Shown here in pieces: positions 23,194 to 26,348 of a stretch of DNA of 26,348 nt. Positions within the stretch are counted from its first letter, which is position 1, and every line of letters starts with the position of its first letter. Under the pieces are notes generated by a model. That model had not been told where the DNA came from, did not search any database, and worked only from the letters and a program-made list of their open reading frames with translations. Position numbers and translations under genes: made by a program. This DNA comes from a virus (lineage: Duplodnaviria; Caudoviricetes). Where the stretch lies: positions 1-26,348 of IMG/VR virus record IMGVR_UViG_3300032312_000225. One strand, given 5' to 3'.

Positions 23194-25145
23194 GGCCTCA
23201 TTGCGTTTTGGTTTTCCGATTGGGGGGCAAGCATATTTACCGCCGTGCCGGTGCGAATGGCCCGTACCGCGTCTTCGGCATTTTGCCCTGGTATAACTTT
23301 CCCCGGCGCAGCAAACAGCTTTGAGCCTTTTTTCAGCGTTGAAGGGTCATTCAATATTTGCAAGACTTGGTTTCTTTCCGCAGCAGGCAAAGTTTCCAGC
23401 AAGTTAACCGCGCCTTGCGGTGTTTTCATCGCTTGCGTTAACTGCGCCATTGTCTTAGCGCCTATGCGTTGCTCCAACTCGCTCAGTGTTTTGTTACCTG
23501 CGGTGGCCCAAAAGTTCAAAAATGAAGGGAGCCGGAACCGTGAAGTTTCTTGTTTAAGCAACTGCGACAGCGCCGCGCCACCTTCGGTAACTTGTTGTTT
23601 GATTGACAGCTCAGTCAAGCGTTTTTGCGCCTGCTTTTGCAATACAGACATTGTGCTGTCGCTCAATTCTTTGGCGATGTCGTAGCTGCCGGGGCCAAGA
23701 ATTTTTTCAACAGCCTCCGGTGACTCACCTTGCACCAAACGCACAAACGCGTCTTTGTCGGTTTTCCACAACTTGGCGGCTTCGCCTGTGAGCTTACGCT
23801 CGGCAATAGCACGCATACCTTGCGCGTGAGTGGTCAGATAATCGCGCCACCCTGCGCCGCCCGCGCCTTCGATAGCGTCGTCAATAATTGGCTTAATTTT
23901 GGACATAACGCCAGCCGCAAGGTTGCGCTGGGCTGTAGCGTCTGCACCGGGCCGTAGCTTGGCAATCGCAGCATTGACAGCGTTCTTGCGGATTGCCTCA
24001 AGCGCGTTAGCGTCGATCACGCCGCCGCTGCCAGTCCAGCGTCGAATGCCGTCTGACACTTGTTGAACCGATCCTTGAATCAAATCGTTTTCGGCAAACG
24101 AAGGATTTTTAGAAATGCTGGCAATTTTATCGGCAAGCGGCGCGCCTTCCAATGGTTTGATGCCAACAGAACGCAACGCTTTTTCCGCGCCCGTTGCTTG
24201 AGCAACAAACTGCGCGGGGTCAATTTTTGACCCAGAACCAGTAAGCACGGCAAGATCATTCGCTCGGCGCAGCGCGGCATCGTCGGCCACGTACTGGCCT
24301 AAGTTGGCGCGGTTAAGAGATGCCTCGCGCATCGGTGTAGTGACGGTGTTAAGGTTTGACTTAGCCAAGTCTGCTGTGGCACGAACTTGCGTTGCTGTGC
24401 TACCACCGGCCAACTGAGCCAACGCGTTACGCGATTCAGTTTCGCCCAGCAGTTGCGCCTTACGCACAAACTGAGGGTCTTTCTCTAGCGCGTTTTTAAT
24501 CAGCGCCTGCCAAGTTGGGTTTTCAATTTTGGCGGTTACTTCCGCAATGCTGGCGTTTGGCGATGTGTTACGCAACGCGTTTATCACGGTTGGTAAGTCG
24601 TCACCCAATGCTTTTTGGGCGATAGCAGCCGCTTTTTGTTTAGGTATCTGGCGCAGGTCCATGACCTTACCGCCGACATAACCTAAACCTTTGGTTAACG
24701 CTTGCCCGCCCATCTCCAGCGTTGCGCCTTCAACGATGTTGCGTACCGGCTCAACGGCTTGTGCTGCGCCTTGACGAGGCGCTTTGCCGCCTAAGTATAC
24801 GTCGGCTAACTCCATGCCTTCTTTGGCTATCCCGTAACCAAGACCGGCACCGCTTACGGTGCCCACCGGCCCCATTGACGTGCCAAGAAGACCACCCATT
24901 ATTGCCCCGCCCGCTTCCACAAGCGGAGCAGCAAATGGCCGAATTTTTTGGTACGCGCTTTGTCCTTTTGAAGGCTGCGCTGGCGCTGGAGCCGTAGGCA
25001 CTTGCGTAGCGGGTTGCGTAGGCAACACAGGCGCAAGTTTGCTTATGTCGTACCCATTGGCTTGCAGCTTGGCCGTCAAATCAGCCATGCTCATACCATC
25101 GGGCACACCCTTAATAATTGTGCCATCGGGTAAACGGACGTCCAT
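23190..25145 (-). CDS. Putative internal virion / DNA injection protein (651 aa)
   Basis: MDVRLPDGTIIKGVPDG N-terminus, Gly-rich membrane-like segment (GGAIMGGLLG...GAGLGYG), Ala-rich helical; last structural gene before lysis. Confidence 0.7.
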   Translation of the reverse strand: MDVRLPDGTIIKGVPDGMSMADLTAKLQANGYDISKLAPVLPTQPATQVPTAPAPAQPSKGQSAYQKIRPFAAPLVEAGGAIMGGLLGTSMGPVGTVSGAGLGYGIAKEGMELADVYLGGKAPRQGAAQAVEPVRNIVEGATLEMGGQALTKGLGYVGGKVMDLRQIPKQKAAAIAQKALGDDLPTVINALRNTSPNASIAEVTAKIENPTWQALIKNALEKDPQFVRKAQLLGETESRNALAQLAGGSTATQVRATADLAKSNLNTVTTPMREASLNRANLGQYVADDAALRRANDLAVLTGSGSKIDPAQFVAQATGAEKALRSVGIKPLEGAPLADKIASISKNPSFAENDLIQGSVQQVSDGIRRWTGSGGVIDANALEAIRKNAVNAAIAKLRPGADATAQRNLAAGVMSKIKPIIDDAIEGAGGAGWRDYLTTHAQGMRAIAERKLTGEAAKLWKTDKDAFVRLVQGESPEAVEKILGPGSYDIAKELSDSTMSVLQKQAQKRLTELSIKQQVTEGGAALSQLLKQETSRFRLPSFLNFWATAGNKTLSELEQRIGAKTMAQLTQAMKTPQGAVNLLETLPAAERNQVLQILNDPSTLKKGSKLFAAPGKVIPGQNAEDAVRAIRTGTAVNMLAPQSENQNAMRP

Positions 25146-26348
25146 TATTTCAGGCTCCCAAAATCAATTACGCCGCCCGGTGCTGGCGCGTTGCCAGCCT
25201 TGTACGAGTAAGTCGACTCATACGCTTCCCGCATCCGCGTCTTAGCGCCAGCAATATCGGCAATTGCTGTGTCGATTGCAGCCCGCACGTCCTTGGCGTC
25301 TTGTGTTCGTTGGATGGCGGCAAACGAGGCGGTAAGCTGTTTACCTTCTTGGTTTGACACGTTGCCCAACGCGCCGCCAGTTTTGGAAGCGTCGCGCATA
25401 TCTTGCAGGGCTTGGAAACCACCTTTGGCGACAACTTTGTCATACAGCGCCTGCGCCGCACGGCCTTCAGATGTAACTGCGGGCACCCGGCCAGCAATTA
25501 AACCGGTGATCTGCGACAGGCCAGGGTGATCGCGCAGTTTCTCAAGGTCTTTGACAAAACTGTCGGACTTGCTTTCAAAACCTTTGATTGCAGATGTGGC
25601 TTGCGGGAAAGCTGCCTCACGTTTTTGAATCTCTTTGGGCGGCAAACTTTCCATTGCGGCGGCAGGCGTCATTCGATTGCGCAGCGCTTCCTCGCGGCTA
25701 ACAAACACTTGCTTTCCGGTTGCTGGATCAATCACTGCAACCGGCGCAGAAGGCTGCGCAGGTTGTGCTGGTGCTCGACTTGCTGCCGCCCGCGCAGTCA
25801 CAAATTGCTGAAAACTACCTTGGAAATTGCCACCCTCGGGCGTTTTTGCGAACGTGTATTCTGCGACCATTGCGGGAGGCGCGGCGGCTTTTTCTACTGA
25901 GGGCGTTATGACGCGGCCAGTTGGGTCAACAAGCCCCACACCTGGCACTGTATACAGTCTAGATTCTTTAGCTGCCGCGTCAATTTGTTTGAGCAACAAC
26001 GCGGCCTCGGCTTTCGCGCCGGGGGTGTCAATGTTGGCAACGCGGCGGTAACGCGCTTCCAACGAAGCAACATCGGGCTTGCCAGCCATTGCGTTGACGG
26101 GCGCAGCAGGTGCGGGGGCCAATGCGTTAACCGGCAACGCAGCACGGCGCTGGGCTACGTCAGCGGCAAATGAACCTGGTTCGGGCGCAGCAGCGGGCAC
26201 ACCAGTAGGCGCAGCACTTGGTGCAGCGGGTGCAAACTCTTTTTGGTACGCGGCAAACGCTTCTTGGTCTGCCAACTTTTGGCGAATAGCCATGCCTTGC
26301 GTCATGTATTCTGGCTTACCAGATTTAATCATTTCGTCGGCTGCAGCC
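25145..26348 (-). CDS. Putative DNA injection protein (5'-truncated by the window edge)
   Basis: Frame stays open beyond ATG 26332 to the window end; Ala/Pro-rich; GALGNVSNQEG motif and IDFGSLK end typical of podovirus ejection proteins. Confidence 0.7.
   Translation of the reverse strand, partial: AAADEMIKSGKPEYMTQGMAIRQKLADQEAFAAYQKEFAPAAPSAAPTGVPAAAPEPGSFAADVAQRRAALPVNALAPAPAAPVNAMAGKPDVASLEARYRRVANIDTPGAKAEAALLLKQIDAAAKESRLYTVPGVGLVDPTGRVITPSVEKAAAPPAMVAEYTFAKTPEGGNFQGSFQQFVTARAAASRAPAQPAQPSAPVAVIDPATGKQVFVSREEALRNRMTPAAAMESLPPKEIQKREAAFPQATSAIKGFESKSDSFVKDLEKLRDHPGLSQITGLIAGRVPAVTSEGRAAQALYDKVVAKGGFQALQDMRDASKTGGALGNVSNQEGKQLTASFAAIQRTQDAKDVRAAIDTAIADIAGAKTRMREAYESTYSYKAGNAPAPGGVIDFGSLK

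Larger units (their letters stand above)
1..26348. mobile_element. Segment of a tailed dsDNA bacteriophage genome (podovirus-like; P22-type portal/injection proteins, APSE-like PolA replication module)
   Basis: Terminase, portal, tail fibre, lysozyme, phage PolA, primase-helicase, VRR-NUC and SNF2 helicase in compact operons with overlapping start/stop codons; no cellular housekeeping genes. Confidence 0.97.

Noticed and set aside
1-26348. Prophage boundaries, att sites or a host assignment
   Set aside because: No integrase, host genes or att-like repeat are visible; the host cannot be determined from this window.

Overview
The whole 26.3 kb window is part of a tailed dsDNA phage genome, most likely a podovirus with a P22-type portal and injection proteins and an APSE/BPP-1-like replication module. 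No host genes, integrase, repressor, tRNA or CRISPR array are visible. Left to right: (i) a leftward late module (terS, terL, three small Lys-rich ORFs, GroES-like protein, portal, ferritin/Dps-like protein, small virion protein, 825-aa tail fibre); (ii) a ~600-bp non-coding region with about 13 DnaA-box-like 9-mers, a 16-bp inverted repeat and a near-consensus sigma70 promoter; (iii) a short rightward early operon with a distinct k-mer signature and a 7-Cys protein; (iv) a leftward replication operon (Cas4-like DUF2800 nuclease, putative SSB, family A DNA polymerase, primase-helicase) with a ~125-nt pseudoknotted RNA-like element just upstream of the polymerase; (v) a rightward operon (compact C5-methyltransferase, VRR-NUC, SNF2 helicase, small ORFs); (vi) a leftward module of injection proteins, holin-like proteins and lysozyme, followed by a coupled GNAT acetyltransferase and HTH-metallophosphoesterase. 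The most notable unexplained elements are the structured RNA (14973-15096), the repeat array (8332-8719), the GNAT/phosphoesterase pair and the early region. Family names come from motif recognition by eye, not from database searches.
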